In this document: piece by piece, positions 1-10,960 of the stretch
Layout: each line of letters opens with the position of its first letter
Position numbering within the stretch: the stretch's first letter is position 1
Origin: Trichoplax sp. H2
Lineage: Eukaryota
Direction of reading: 5' to 3'
DNA length: 28,970 nucleotides
Assembly: GCA_003344405.1 (NCBI GenBank)
Contig: NOWV01000032.1
Span: forward strand, 558,001 to 586,970
Translations under genes and position numbers: made by a program
Notes under the pieces: model-generated
Databases searched by the model: none
Told to the model about the DNA's origin: nothing
Seen by the model: only the letters and a program-made list of their open reading frames with translations

Positions 1-470
1 TAAAATGATCCGAGATATTTTTAATGTAGGGCCTAACCCAAATTCGACAAAGTCTGGCCTAAATATTAATAAGGTCATGTAATCGTAACGTTTAGCAACG
101 ATTTGGCCATTGATCAACTTCGCTTCCTTTCTCTAATAACTCATATAAATCAAAAACTGAATGTACTGTTTTATTTCAGCGGTCCCTAACTGTTTACTAA
201 GTTTACGATGCAACTCCATAAAATTTTGTCTCTAACTCTCTGATCTCTACAGTTAGTGCAGAACTCCAGCGAACCTTTCATAATTCGCAACTTTTTTACC
301 TTCGTCGGTGCGGAGTTACACAAAACTTAAGCCCTATAATTAATTGTCTTATTCCCTAGATCTAAATTTATATTTGAAACCCGTAGAGAATTTACTGTAA
401 TAGGATGTTACCTATGACTGTGTGAACTTACAGGATGCATGTTATTAATTCCTTGATGTCCTTCGGACAT
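1..470 (-). pseudogene. Possible decayed death-effector-domain (DED)-containing gene fragment, running off the window start
   Basis: Minus strand has ATG at 470 (MSEGHQGINNMHP) followed by a GTAAGT donor at 431. Downstream, frameshifted pieces NFMELHRKLSKQLGTAEIK (~225-169), TVHSVFDLYELLEKGSEVDQ (169-110) and LLIFRPDFV (72-46) follow the order of FADD/caspase-8 DED helices and the RxDL-like motif. Frameshifts and stops are present; similarity judged by eye only. Confidence 0.3.
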
Positions 471-714
471 ACCTCGAATGCTGTTTTCACAACCATAACA
501 GTAATGAAAAATCTATGTCTATGTGACTAGTTTGACTTTTGGGTTTTGTGAGTCCAATTTGTATGTAGGAGGCTAACTAGTGATACGGAAAAAGTGTATT
601 TTGGCAGCAAAAAATTTTAAAGAGATATTTTGCCACAAGTTTACTGTAATAACTCTATTCCCGTGTCTGTTCTATTAGTCAATACCGATTTTAATTCGCA
701 GTCAATGGTTTTGC

Positions 715-890
715 ATATTACTGTATATAGTATGTACAGTACAGTACACGACTATTGCTACGGCAGTGTACTGCACAGTGCACAGTACTGTACGACAACG
801 TGCAAAGAGTTTTAATTTAATTTAATTAATTAATTAATCTTAATAAAAGATTATTTTTCTTTCAAGTACAGTACTGTACTGTACACACAG
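715..890. repeat. ACAGT/ACTGT mixed-orientation pentamer cluster
   Basis: Runs such as tgtacagtacagtac, cagtactgtac and gtacagtactgtactgtacacagta. Confidence 0.7.
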
Positions 891-979
891 TAATGGACTA
901 CTAAATAAATTAATTATATACTAGTCCAAACTCCCATCACTTTGCTGACGGTTTACGATAATGTACCCATTTATTAATA

Positions 980-1516
980 ATTAACAGATAGTATTACCAT
1001 TCGACATTATATATATCCCGGTAATAGCCGGGTACTACTATATTTAAAACAGATAGATTTAATGTACGTACTGATCGTGCATTTCCACGTTGCGCACTTC
1101 GCTTTCGCCTATCAGATCGCTGACTAACTGACATTATCCTCTTAGAAACACTTTTTGTTATATGATATATAGCAATCAAAAATAACCCGGTACAGGGGAA
1201 CTACAGTAGGGTAACACTTCGAAATGCATGAGAGCAATAGAACTAATAGTACCTACTAATGTGTATCAATCACTTATACCTTCTCAATAATATTTACATA
1301 AACCCTAGAGATCATTCATTTCTATACCAATTCAAATTTCCTTAAGTAACTTTCGTATTAGTATGTCTACCGAATAAGGATGGTTACTATATACAGTATT
1401 AATGCTATGTTAAGGTTGGTAAGCGAAACTGTCAAATATACGTTTATGCTCAATTTGTTAATAAAAAAATTAGCAGATAGTATTATCATTCGATATTATA
1501 TATATCCCGGCAATAG
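980..1516 (+). repeat. Dispersed direct repeat of ~48 bp (copies ~980-1027 and ~1469-1516)
   Basis: attaacagatagtattaccattcgacattatatatatcccggtaatag versus attagcagatagtattatcattcgatattatatatatcccggcaatag (4 substitutions, all transitions). Confidence 0.8.
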
Positions 1517-2074
1517 TAATGTACTATGCTATATTAAGATTAGTTAATAATCCAAAGCGCATTATGATAACTAATGTACGGTGATGGACATACTGTACCA
1601 AGTTAAGATTAGCAGGTACTGTAAGATATCTACAGTGCTGTACAATGTCCTTAGTACTGTGGTCAATTCTATACCAATCATTATAATGTGTCTAAGGATC
1701 GCTTGAGTATGCAAACAAAGCTTGCTCTGTCGATAACAACCGTTATAAGAAAACGTAACAATGAAAATGGCTGTGTAGAAAACTCTATAAAAACTCTATG
1801 TTTATTCAATTTTCATCAGAGTATTACATGAAATCAAAATTTAAAGGCTCAGTGGCCACCCTTAGCGATATAACGAATACTATTTCAAAAATCAGTACTC
1901 TGCAGAAATTTCTGCCTTAGAGCTATTCGTTTTACATGAAGAAATCTTAAGGTAAAAAGTACTGTAAGAATCTTATACTGACTTATTGAAATGAACCCAT
2001 AATCAGAGTCATCTAACAGTATTATAAAAAACCCCCCCGCGCTCCTCGTTTTAAAGAAGGGTGGGTTGGATTAT

Positions 2075-2460
2075 ACAGTACAACATACGGTACTGTACAG
2101 TACTGTGAATGAGGAAATATACTGTACTGTACGGTACAGGACAATACCAGGGACTTCTAATAAGACGACAACGTACAGTACAGTATTAGTTTTAGAAGTC
2201 CTGACAATACCCAGTACAGTACAGTACTTGTACATGTGTACTGTACAGAATAACCAAACCATCGACAGGGGTACGGTACAGTAATCAGTTAGTAATGAAT
2301 CATGATTGCTAAATATTAAGAGAGAGATAAATACGCAGTACAGTATGCGATTTTCCTATCGCATACTGTACTGCGTATTTACTGTACTGTACAGTACAGT
2401 ACAGTACATGAAAGCAAGATTGAAAATTTTAATAATTTTAAATACTGTACTGTATGTACG
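2075..2460. repeat. ACAGT/ACTGT pentamer array upstream of the PLXDC-like gene
   Basis: Dense tacagta/tactgta/tactgtacagta units in both orientations; source of the Y/C/T/V-rich spurious ORFs 2066..2284 and 2071..2262. Confidence 0.85.
2328..2381. repeat. Perfect 24-bp inverted repeat (hairpin, 6-nt loop)
   Basis: taaatacgcagtacagtatgcgat (2328-2351) - tttcct - atcgcatactgtactgcgtattta (2358-2381); the arms are exact reverse complements. Confidence 0.95.
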
Positions 2461-3126
2461 TCAAGTTTAACGATTGAGGGGTCTACTATTAATAATAATA
2501 ATATTATAATAATACTACTACGCCGATATCAAGAAAGACACTTTAGATGGTTACCGTAAACTCTCTATGAGTTTCAATGTTCACGGAATATTAATTATTG
2601 AAAGTCTGGAAAAATCATCAGTGAGTGTTTCTTTAAGAGATATGTACCTCTTCAAGCCTGTGGCTTTTTACTGTTCTGTATTTATACAATCATTTAATTT
2701 TCTATCATTAATTAATTATTTGTCAGATCTTTGTAAATCAAATCTCGAAGATCAAGCTGCTGTCGCCTACTTGATCTTTTAAGCTGTTCATAATTATTAG
2801 TTGGCAGTACATAATTGTGTAAGATTCGTATTGAGCAATGTCGACGTAATTTATGCTAAAGATTTAAACAGTAAATACAATTAAACCATACTAATCGTCG
2901 ACTATCCTTTTAAATCCATTTATATACGTATTTTAAATCGTAATTATTGTTTCGCGTAGTTGTGAAATTCAAATTCAAATACGCATGCAAATTTTCATTC
3001 TTTGACCTGGTAAATGAGCATTCCGCCCTCTAGTGACTGCGAATCAGTACGAATACGGAATACTCGGAATTTAGTGCAGGTATAAGTCCAACTTCATTAC
3101 CAGATTCTGTTACGTTGAGTAGTAAC

Positions 3127-5950
3127 ATGTGCAGGATTATCTCATTAATCACCAGGGTAGCGATTGTCACTGCTATCCTAAATATTGCCTCGCAGTTTAT
3201 AGAAGGTAAACGTTCTGACTGGTATGAGGACTCGAAGAATAGTAACTCAGATGATGAAAATATCAGGTTTCTAAAGCTAAACTTATTCAGTTCTAATTCA
3301 AAACGAAGCCTACGCGGTGGCTCGTTGCCCCGGAATAATACCATCATAGATTATCATAATTACTATTCTACAGCAAAAATTTCTAACAGTAGTGCTCACT
3401 GGATGGAAGTTGATTCACAAAACAAGTCACAAGTATATGAAGTTCTAAAGGATCAACATAGCAGTGCACAATTAATTCATACTAGCTTTCATTTTCCTTA
3501 CTATGGCCACTACATCGATAGTTTTTGGGTCGCTACCGGTGGTTTCTTATATGTTGGATCAATTTTTCATAGAAGTATTACATCGCTGCAATATATAGCA
3601 CCGCTGATGGCAAATTTTAACGTGGACTCTGAAAAAGGTTCATCGGTGAAAGTATTTGATAATGGAAAATCAATAGCTATCACATGGGATAATGTAACAC
3701 TTTTTGATTCACCTGAATCAGGTCGATTCAAATTTCAGTGTATTATCAATATCGATGGCAAAATTATGTTTGTATACAAAACTATTCCATTGCCACCAGT
3801 AAATATCAGTAATTCTAGCCACGCAGTAAAAGTTGGCATATCAGACGCATTGTACATTTGGCACCATGGGCTTGGTATTGTGAATATATATGAATATCAT
3901 CGGATTTTAATTGACCTTCGTTTTCTAAAAAGTGATTCTCAGATCTTGCTTTCGCCATTGCCGACATGTCTAACTGCGTCAAACTGTCAAAGCTGTTTCG
4001 ATCCAGCTATTAAATTTAATTGTAGATGGTGCGTTGCTCTACAGAGGCAAGTATTAAAAACTTTGTTGAAAGTAACTTGATATTATTCTGTAAAGATATG
4101 ATTTACAGTGACGTAATACGTAAAAGAAATTAAAAGCTGCATTGTTGTGAGTCTTTTGCTGTTCACTTTACTGTTAAATGCAATTCTCTAAGCCATGGAA
4201 TCTCAATTAGTGCACTGTATTGTGTTAAGCGTTATTGCTAAACTATTACAATACTATATACAACGATTGTAGATGCTCTGATGGAATTGATCGACATCGC
4301 CAACTTTGGCTAACTAAAGGTTGTCAAAATGAAAGCCTTGGTAGTATTAGTGAATGCCAAAAATCATCTACAACAATTTCATCTCCTACTACTTCCAATT
4401 TTTCTGATTTAACTACCGCATCTACATCGCACTATAGTAAGCTCCTGCAATCTCAGTTATACTAATCTGTATTTAATTCTCTTTATGCAAACAATTATGG
4501 TTGTTGGTACATTTCTAGATTGAAACTTATTTTAATAATTATATATTGTGTTATTTTTCTTGTACTTGCTAATTTAATTTGGATCGTGTTCGTATTCAAG
4601 ATGATCAACAGACTATGCTTTCAACAACTGGTTCAAGCGACGATGAATCTTCCGTGGCCTCTACTACACAAAACGACATTAACTTTTCTACGACAGGTTC
4701 AAAGGCAACTGATATATCTTATCATTCTGTGTACTTGCCAGGTTGGTTATTATGAGTAGCGCGGACACATGAATCCAATTTCTTAATCTAATAGTTCGTC
4801 ATTGTTTGTGTAAGTAGTTACTTTGTTGTTTACCATGCATCCGTTCATAGGATTATTGTCTATATATTGAATTTAGGTAACTTAAATATTACTGTTTTTC
4901 GTTACAAAAATGTCGCTAATGTTACATGGTCATTGAGTAAATCCGTAAAGTATGATATTATGAAAATAAAGATCAAGTATCGTTCACTCAACTTAGTAAG
5001 CAATTGGAAAACCCGTAAATCTAATGCAAGTGCTAGATCTGGATATATAATTATTAATGGCCTTAATGAGCACACACAATATGCGTATCAGATGACAGTC
5101 ACGGTAGATGATAGTCTATTTGCACGGGGAGTGATTTCCCAAGAAGTTTGTAGAAATCTATGGAGATGGTATAATGGCAGATGCTACGGTTACCAAGAAA
5201 GCCAGAAAGTAACATGGGAAGAAGCGAGAAAGCTCTGTCGAAATTTTAATGGAGACTTAGCTACCATTCATAATGACGATGAAATGCAAGCTATAGAAAG
5301 TCTTCCTATAAGGACATATGCGTGGATTGGCAAGTATACGAATCATTGCTCTATCTAGCAGTGCTGTATCGACAGAAATAATGTTGCAGCACCTTTCAAG
5401 TTCAGTAAGATCATGTAATTTATAATTTTGATAAATTATAGGTCTCAGACGTTATCAACATAATTTCAAATGGCCTAATGGAGTTAGTTATAACTACAGT
5501 TTCTGGGAAGTTGGACAACCCGCATCTAAAGGCAGAAATTGCGTTGCTTTAAGTCCTGTAAATCAAATTAATGAATATCGTTGGATTACTCAGCTATGCA
5601 GTTATTCTTATTCTTACATTTGCGAAGTTCCAGGTGTTTCAATTATTGGTTTCCTTTATATTTGCATAAGGCATGTGAAATAGAGGTAAAATTAACTTAA
5701 TATTCTATTCTTAGAGACTCCTTTGGATTTGAATGATTCTTCACATTCTGATCTGGGTGCTGTTATAGCTGTGACGATAGTGTGCATTATCGCTTTTGGT
5801 GGATTCTTTGCATGGTTTATTTACGCTAGAAAAAATTCAAGAACAGCGTGTATACGGTATCGTACCAGAAGTCTTCTAACATTCAAAACGCAAACCGATT
5901 TTAAAAGCAGTACCATCAAGATATCGCGCTTGAAAGAAGAAATTGCGTAA
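3127..5950 (+). CDS. PLXDC: Plexin domain-containing protein (PLXDC/TEM7 family) with added FN3 and C-type lectin domains; type I membrane protein, ~701 aa, 6 exons
   Basis: Exons 3127-4046, 4273-4436, 4601-4741, 4877-5329, 5442-5633, 5715-5950 (2106 nt, phases consistent). Signal peptide MCRIISLITRVAIVTAILNIASQFIEG; PLXDC motifs FHFPYYGH, VATGGF, QYIAPLMANF, VKVGISDA, IYEYHR; PSI domain PLPTC..C..C..CRWC..LQRCSDGIDRHRQLW..GC; Ser/Thr stalk; FN3-like NVTW..IKY..INGLNEHTQY; CTLD C..WRWYNGRCY..TWEEARKLC..LATI..WIGL..WEVGQP..NCV..W..C..ICE; TM LGAVIAVTIVCIIAFGGFFAWFIYA; basic cytoplasmic tail. Confidence 0.9.
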
Positions 5951-7984
5951 TGAAACATAAAGTAAACGTTTCTATGATCTAGCTGCCGAAATTTTAATAT
6001 TCTAAGATATTTCTTTTAAGTTAAAAGAAAATAGTACAATGCAATTTTGATGTCTTAATAATTAATCAGTCTTGATTACGGTTTTCTATATCGGTACATC
6101 AGAGTCATCATAATTACTCATTGAATTCGTACACGGGCTGCTCTGCTATTATTTTTTTTCGAATAAGTTTAATTAGCCTTTTACAATATACTTAAAATGC
6201 TAACAATGAGACGTGAGAGAAAAGTTTAATTTTTGATTTACTGCAGGCTAATAATTATGAATACGATTGACTTTTAAAATACAGCTCTGTCCGCAACTCT
6301 CAGCATTACTGAATTTCTTAGTTGCAGTTATGAAGTTAATTGTTAATTTAACACTAAAGCGATATTAAAAATCTACACGAAATGAGTAGAATTTAGGCAC
6401 TAAATTTACAGCCAAGTTTGTAGTAAGCTTTGCTATAAATTTCATATCGAAGTATATTTTCCACACCATTGGAATTCTAAGGAAAACTAGTCTAATTTAT
6501 AATTTTACCTTTGTATTCTAACACAGGTTAGATTTCACATTCGTATCTTAAATACATTTAGTACCGATTTATTTATTACTAAAAGTGCTTATTCGTATGA
6601 TAATAATGAAATTTCGGTATTAATACTAAGTTGTTCACTACACAGTATAGTGGCCAACCATGTGCAATTGTATTGTACATTTTCCTTGTATTTGAGATTT
6701 ACCAGACCATTGCTAGCAGAAAATAATTAATATTGTTGTACGGTATATTCGTTGTGGATAGCTTGGCTCTAATCCCTTTAAGAATATATTTACATGCGTA
6801 TACTTGTCTAACAGAATAACGCTTAAATAAATCAATATGTATAGCTTTTAATACTGAATATGTAAGTACGAACAATCGTTGGCATACTTTATTCTCCATC
6901 TATCTGAGCTAGTTATGCAAATCTACATTTCGTATCGGGTGATTTGATGGTATTCCGTAGGTACTATATTCACATGAAATATATTTTGATGATAAAATTA
7001 AAGCCTTCAGATGTGACAGGAACAATGATACATATATGGTACATCCGTTTGTAGAGATTCATCAGTACTTAATTTACACAAATAATAAAATTAAATTAAA
7101 CGTTAAATATCATTTCTACGCTTATATCTATACCATATATTAAAATTTGGCTGTCTAAATTTTATACGTTAGTTATATATAATGTACACGTATGATGCAT
7201 ATATATAACAATTATCAGGCTATATGTGATGGTGAGGTTCGATAAGTCCGCAGAAGTTAAGTTAATTGCCATTCAGTGATTGATATAAATATTATTAGTA
7301 GAAAATGAATTCTTTATCGTAGATCGTAAATACCCGTCCACTCATTCACATGAAAGAGCAATCGGCTATACAGTATACAAGCGTACGTCCTCATCAGGAT
7401 GTTTTAAACTCTCTGATAATTATACAAGTAATATGCTATCTGATCGGTATTCCCGCAGTGATCAAACGCAGGATAGATTCTGTCTATCTATACTATATTT
7501 CAGCGTAGTGCTATACAAGATCAGTCTAATTAAAGATACGGTGCGGTATACCACATCCTTCGGCCTCCAGAGCGTTAGTTTCTCGACTAACACAATATTT
7601 TATGTAAATTTTTGAGTATTATGATAATTCGATATTTTTGTTAATTAGAATAGCTAGTAATACCATTTAGCATTACTCCTGTAATATTTGGTGACTTTTA
7701 ATGCAGCCTCAAGTAACCGTTGCAGAGTGAGAGATTCTCGTTTTATATTCCCTACCATTATAAGTCAACCTACTCTTTCTACCAGTAACGGCGTTATTTG
7801 CCCAGGCCTAGTACTGTACAATGCCTAGACTGGACAGACTTTTCATACTAGTTGAGGCTGAAAATGTCGAAAAATACTTACTAAGTATGGATCTTCCGTA
7901 TCTGTTTTGTAAATCATTCGTGTTAATTTAATTCGAATAAAATTTACGATCTAAAGCAGGGACTACTCGAAAGGAGAGAGGGAC

Positions 7985-8057
7985 CAGGGCATAGCCGAGA
8001 GCTGCAAAAAATGTGGAGGTCGGCATTTCTTTGCAGCCATTTTACAATACGCCACTA
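7985..8057. repeat. GC-rich foldback, possibly a degenerate MITE
   Basis: Internal stem gctgcaaaaaatg (8001-8013) / catttctttgcagc (8024-8037) with one bulge; ends cagggcatagc ... aatacgccacta loosely resemble CAGTGGCGTAGC-type terminal inverted repeats. No target-site duplication found. Confidence 0.35.
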
Positions 8058-8091
8058 CTGTAACGATGCGCCGTCCTGCGCAAAGCCAACC

Positions 8092-8345
8092 TACAGTACA
8101 GTAGTCGTGTTCACTATGTGCTATTACCGATTGTCTTAATACTGTACAGTACTGTACTGTACAGTATAGTACATTCTTTCCAAGCAGTACTACTGTACAG
8201 TACAGTACTTTACAGCATAGTACGGTACAATACGTACTGTACAGTGTTTACACTACTGTACACAGGACAGTGCTGTACTGTACTGTACAGTACAGTACAA
8301 TAGTGTGTTGTACCGTGCTTTACAGTACTGTACTGTACAGTACAC
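8092..8345. repeat. ACAGT/ACTGT pentamer array
   Basis: For example tactgtacagtactgtactgtacagta and ctgtactgtactgtacagtacagtac; produces spurious ORF 8118..8303. Confidence 0.85.
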
Positions 8346-9759
8346 TTTACATGATCTTTGATAGGTTACTAAGCAACCTTTTGATTATTATTTTACGTAC
8401 CTCACTGTAATATGGTCCCAATGTTCGATTCATCATACGACTGCTGTGAGCGAATTACGAGATTCCCTACCAGTGTGAGGTTCCTGCATTCGTAAAACTT
8501 TAAGATTTAATTATAGAACAAGATTACTGTACTTTACAGTTATATTAATACGAAATTGTTTAATCAATCAATAAAGTACATTTTACCACATCTAGTCGCA
8601 AGTTCATAACACAGTAGACTGGATTGTTGCAAAACTGGCTTATTGCACTCCTCGATGGATCATTAACGTAGATTGGTAACGGCTATTCTATTTATCTACG
8701 GCAAATTCGATTTAAAACTTTAAATTCTTTATCTCCTAACTGCTATTGGGATATTTTATACGTACTAGAGTTCTCAGTATTCCTTCTGTCCGATTCACGA
8801 ACTAAGAAATACACTAATGTACGTAGTATTTGCTCTTCATTGCAGCCTTCAACTACAAGTGAGAAAGATTCGGTTACTGCATCATCGTATTATTTTTCTG
8901 TTTGTTACTGTAGAAGTCCTAGGCACCGGAAACCCTTCGAGTTACTGTGACAGACTATCATTCTTACTGTATTTAGTTCCATAACACAAATAATCGATTC
9001 TTAAATTGAACATGTATTGCTAAAATGTCATCCGAAAGCTTGTTGACTAATGGTTATGGTTAGTATATGCTACCTTATAACTACGTAAAGTTAAGTTTTA
9101 TTTATTTTGATCATCGTACAACTATGAAGATATACCGTTAAATACTTTTAATTGCCTTTGAGAAAATGATAGCGAAATTACAGACGTCGTATGCAGATAA
9201 AACCTAATCTTAATTTTAAAACTGCATCAATCTTAGATAGGTGGGTTCCTAAAGTGGCATTTAATTTACGAAAATAAGAGGTACTGATGCTATTTAAAAT
9301 GTTAAACGTTTACTATATAAATTAGTGTCATTAGCGTTATATAAGAATTCTATTCTTGATCTCTCATTAGTGCAAGTATCCTTTTCGTACAAACTAAACC
9401 TTATTACAGGAGTTGCAGAAAGTATTTACAGTCGCTTTAAGCTATAAGATTGAATCAATAATATGCAAAGTACTATCACACGAATTCTCCCATTATTCTA
9501 CTTAAATAGTAACTTAATATCATACTGCTTTGAACGGTCGTTAGTTATCAAATTAAATTACAATTTCATTATTTACAATGCATATTTTCTTACAAGACAA
9601 CGATATTATTGAAAGCTATGTCTCGCTATTACTCTAAAGTAATACATCGGTTGTCACGTTAATTAAATGATTGTTTTTGTTAAACTGCTTGTTTCACATG
9701 TAAATAGGTCAATTCTCTGTCTTCTTATTTTAGTTCAATACTTTCTCGTGCCTCATAAA

Positions 9760-10960
9760 ATGGGATGTGGTTATAGCAATCACGGAGATCAGATATTTAT
9801 TGACCAAACGAAAGATAAGGGGCAGGAAATTAAAGTGTCTTCAACACTAGGTATACCTCCATACAGCTAGTTTATCTATTATATTAGGTTAAATATGTTA
9901 AAAGAAATGTTAATCAATTTTTGCAATGGCTTTGATTGGTAACTGGTAGCCTTTCTGTATCATATAAACATTTTACGTTTGGCCTCATTATTATTGCAGA
10001 GAATATTGATGAGCATGCAGATGAAGACAGCAGTATAAGCGATGGCAATAAAAATTTAGTCGCCGCTAGTGAGAATTCTAATAAAATTACTACCGTTACG
10101 ATCAATAAAGAATCTTTTAGCGGACCAATTTCTTATAAAGAGCTGATAGAAAATGTTCAAGAAAATGTAATTAAATCCTTCAGCATTCCCTATTTTTATT
10201 ACTATTATCATTTATTCAATGTTTACAGTATTAAAATCTAACATAGAACTTCAATCTCTCATCTTTTTAGAAAGAAGAGTGCATCCAGTTAGTGATGATA
10301 GGAATATTTAACAGCATAACTCACTTCAGTTGTAGCGTTCGTGTTGCTTCAATTCTTTTTAAATCCTGAATATTTGGAATCGCCTGTTGACAATTTTGTA
10401 ATTAATTAATTACATATAGACCTGTTAAATCGAAAACGTTTATGGGCTTACCAACTAAAAATACAGAGTAAGTTACTGATTTAAAGTATATGAAATAGTA
10501 TGGAATACAATTTTTTTATATAACTTTCAGTTAATAACACAATATTGTTCTATTTAAAAACTGATTAAGTACTTCACCAAAAATGGATCATGCTTTTGGC
10601 TTTTCAATTTTTTTGTCGTCATTAGCATTTTATCCGCCACTGGAAGTTTAGATAGTACCTTATATTATAGAACTGGATATAAATAAAATATGTTATTGTT
10701 ATATCGATCTTACAGCACAATATCGCGATCCCAAGCGGACTTCTTTGAAATGTTGGATAGGAAAATAAATGACGTAAGTGACTCGACTGTTAATATTTAT
10801 TACAGTGACAGAAAAGTAGCCGTACAGTATTATAACTGTAATATGTAGTAAACAATTAACAATGAACCAAACTCCGGCACGATAGGTAATATTTCTAATA
10901 AAAGTTTACTTACATGTTATTTAGGGACCTGAAATTTCTGACTATGAATTAGAATCCTAG
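9760..10960 (+). CDS. C1orf21: C1orf21-like (DUF4612) small acidic protein, ~122 aa, 5 coding exons
   Basis: Exons 9760-9850, 10000-10166, 10271-10287, 10716-10773, 10925-10960 (369 nt), all GT-AG. N-terminus MGCGYS is a myristoylation/palmitoylation-type start. C-terminal ISRSQADFFEMLDRKINDGPE matches the C1orf21 motif ISESQQEFFRMLDEKIEKG. A likely 5' UTR intron acceptor lies at 9732-9733. Confidence 0.8.

Noticed and set aside
311..334. GLKFCVTP on the minus strand, resembling the N-terminal motif of Penelope-like retroelements
   Set aside because: Only 8 residues flanked by stops; no RT or GIY-YIG sequence nearby.
2066..2284. Y/C/T/V/S-rich ORFs (also 630..815, 2071..2262, 8118..8303, 22133..22354, 22570..22773)
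   Set aside because: They are translations of ACAGT/ACTGT repeats, which lack stops in several frames; no protein family features.
3030..3347. Antisense ORFs over real genes or relics (also 9914..10105, 13205..13441, 17304..17567, 17696..17959, 27213..27449)
   Set aside because: They shadow coding or transposon sequence on the other strand and have no recognisable motifs.
4520..4759. Hydrophobic ORF MKLILIIIYCVIFLVLANLIWIVFVF as a membrane peptide
   Set aside because: It starts at TTG inside an AT-rich intron and overlaps PLXDC exon 3 in the wrong frame.
7390..7397. CTGATGAG on the minus strand as a hammerhead ribozyme core
   Set aside because: No stem II closed by GAAA and no stem I/III pairing found.
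6000..7700. Possible gene from ORFs 6699..6899 and 7433..7615
   Set aside because: No recognisable domain or consistent exon chain; a diverged gene cannot be excluded without RNA data.
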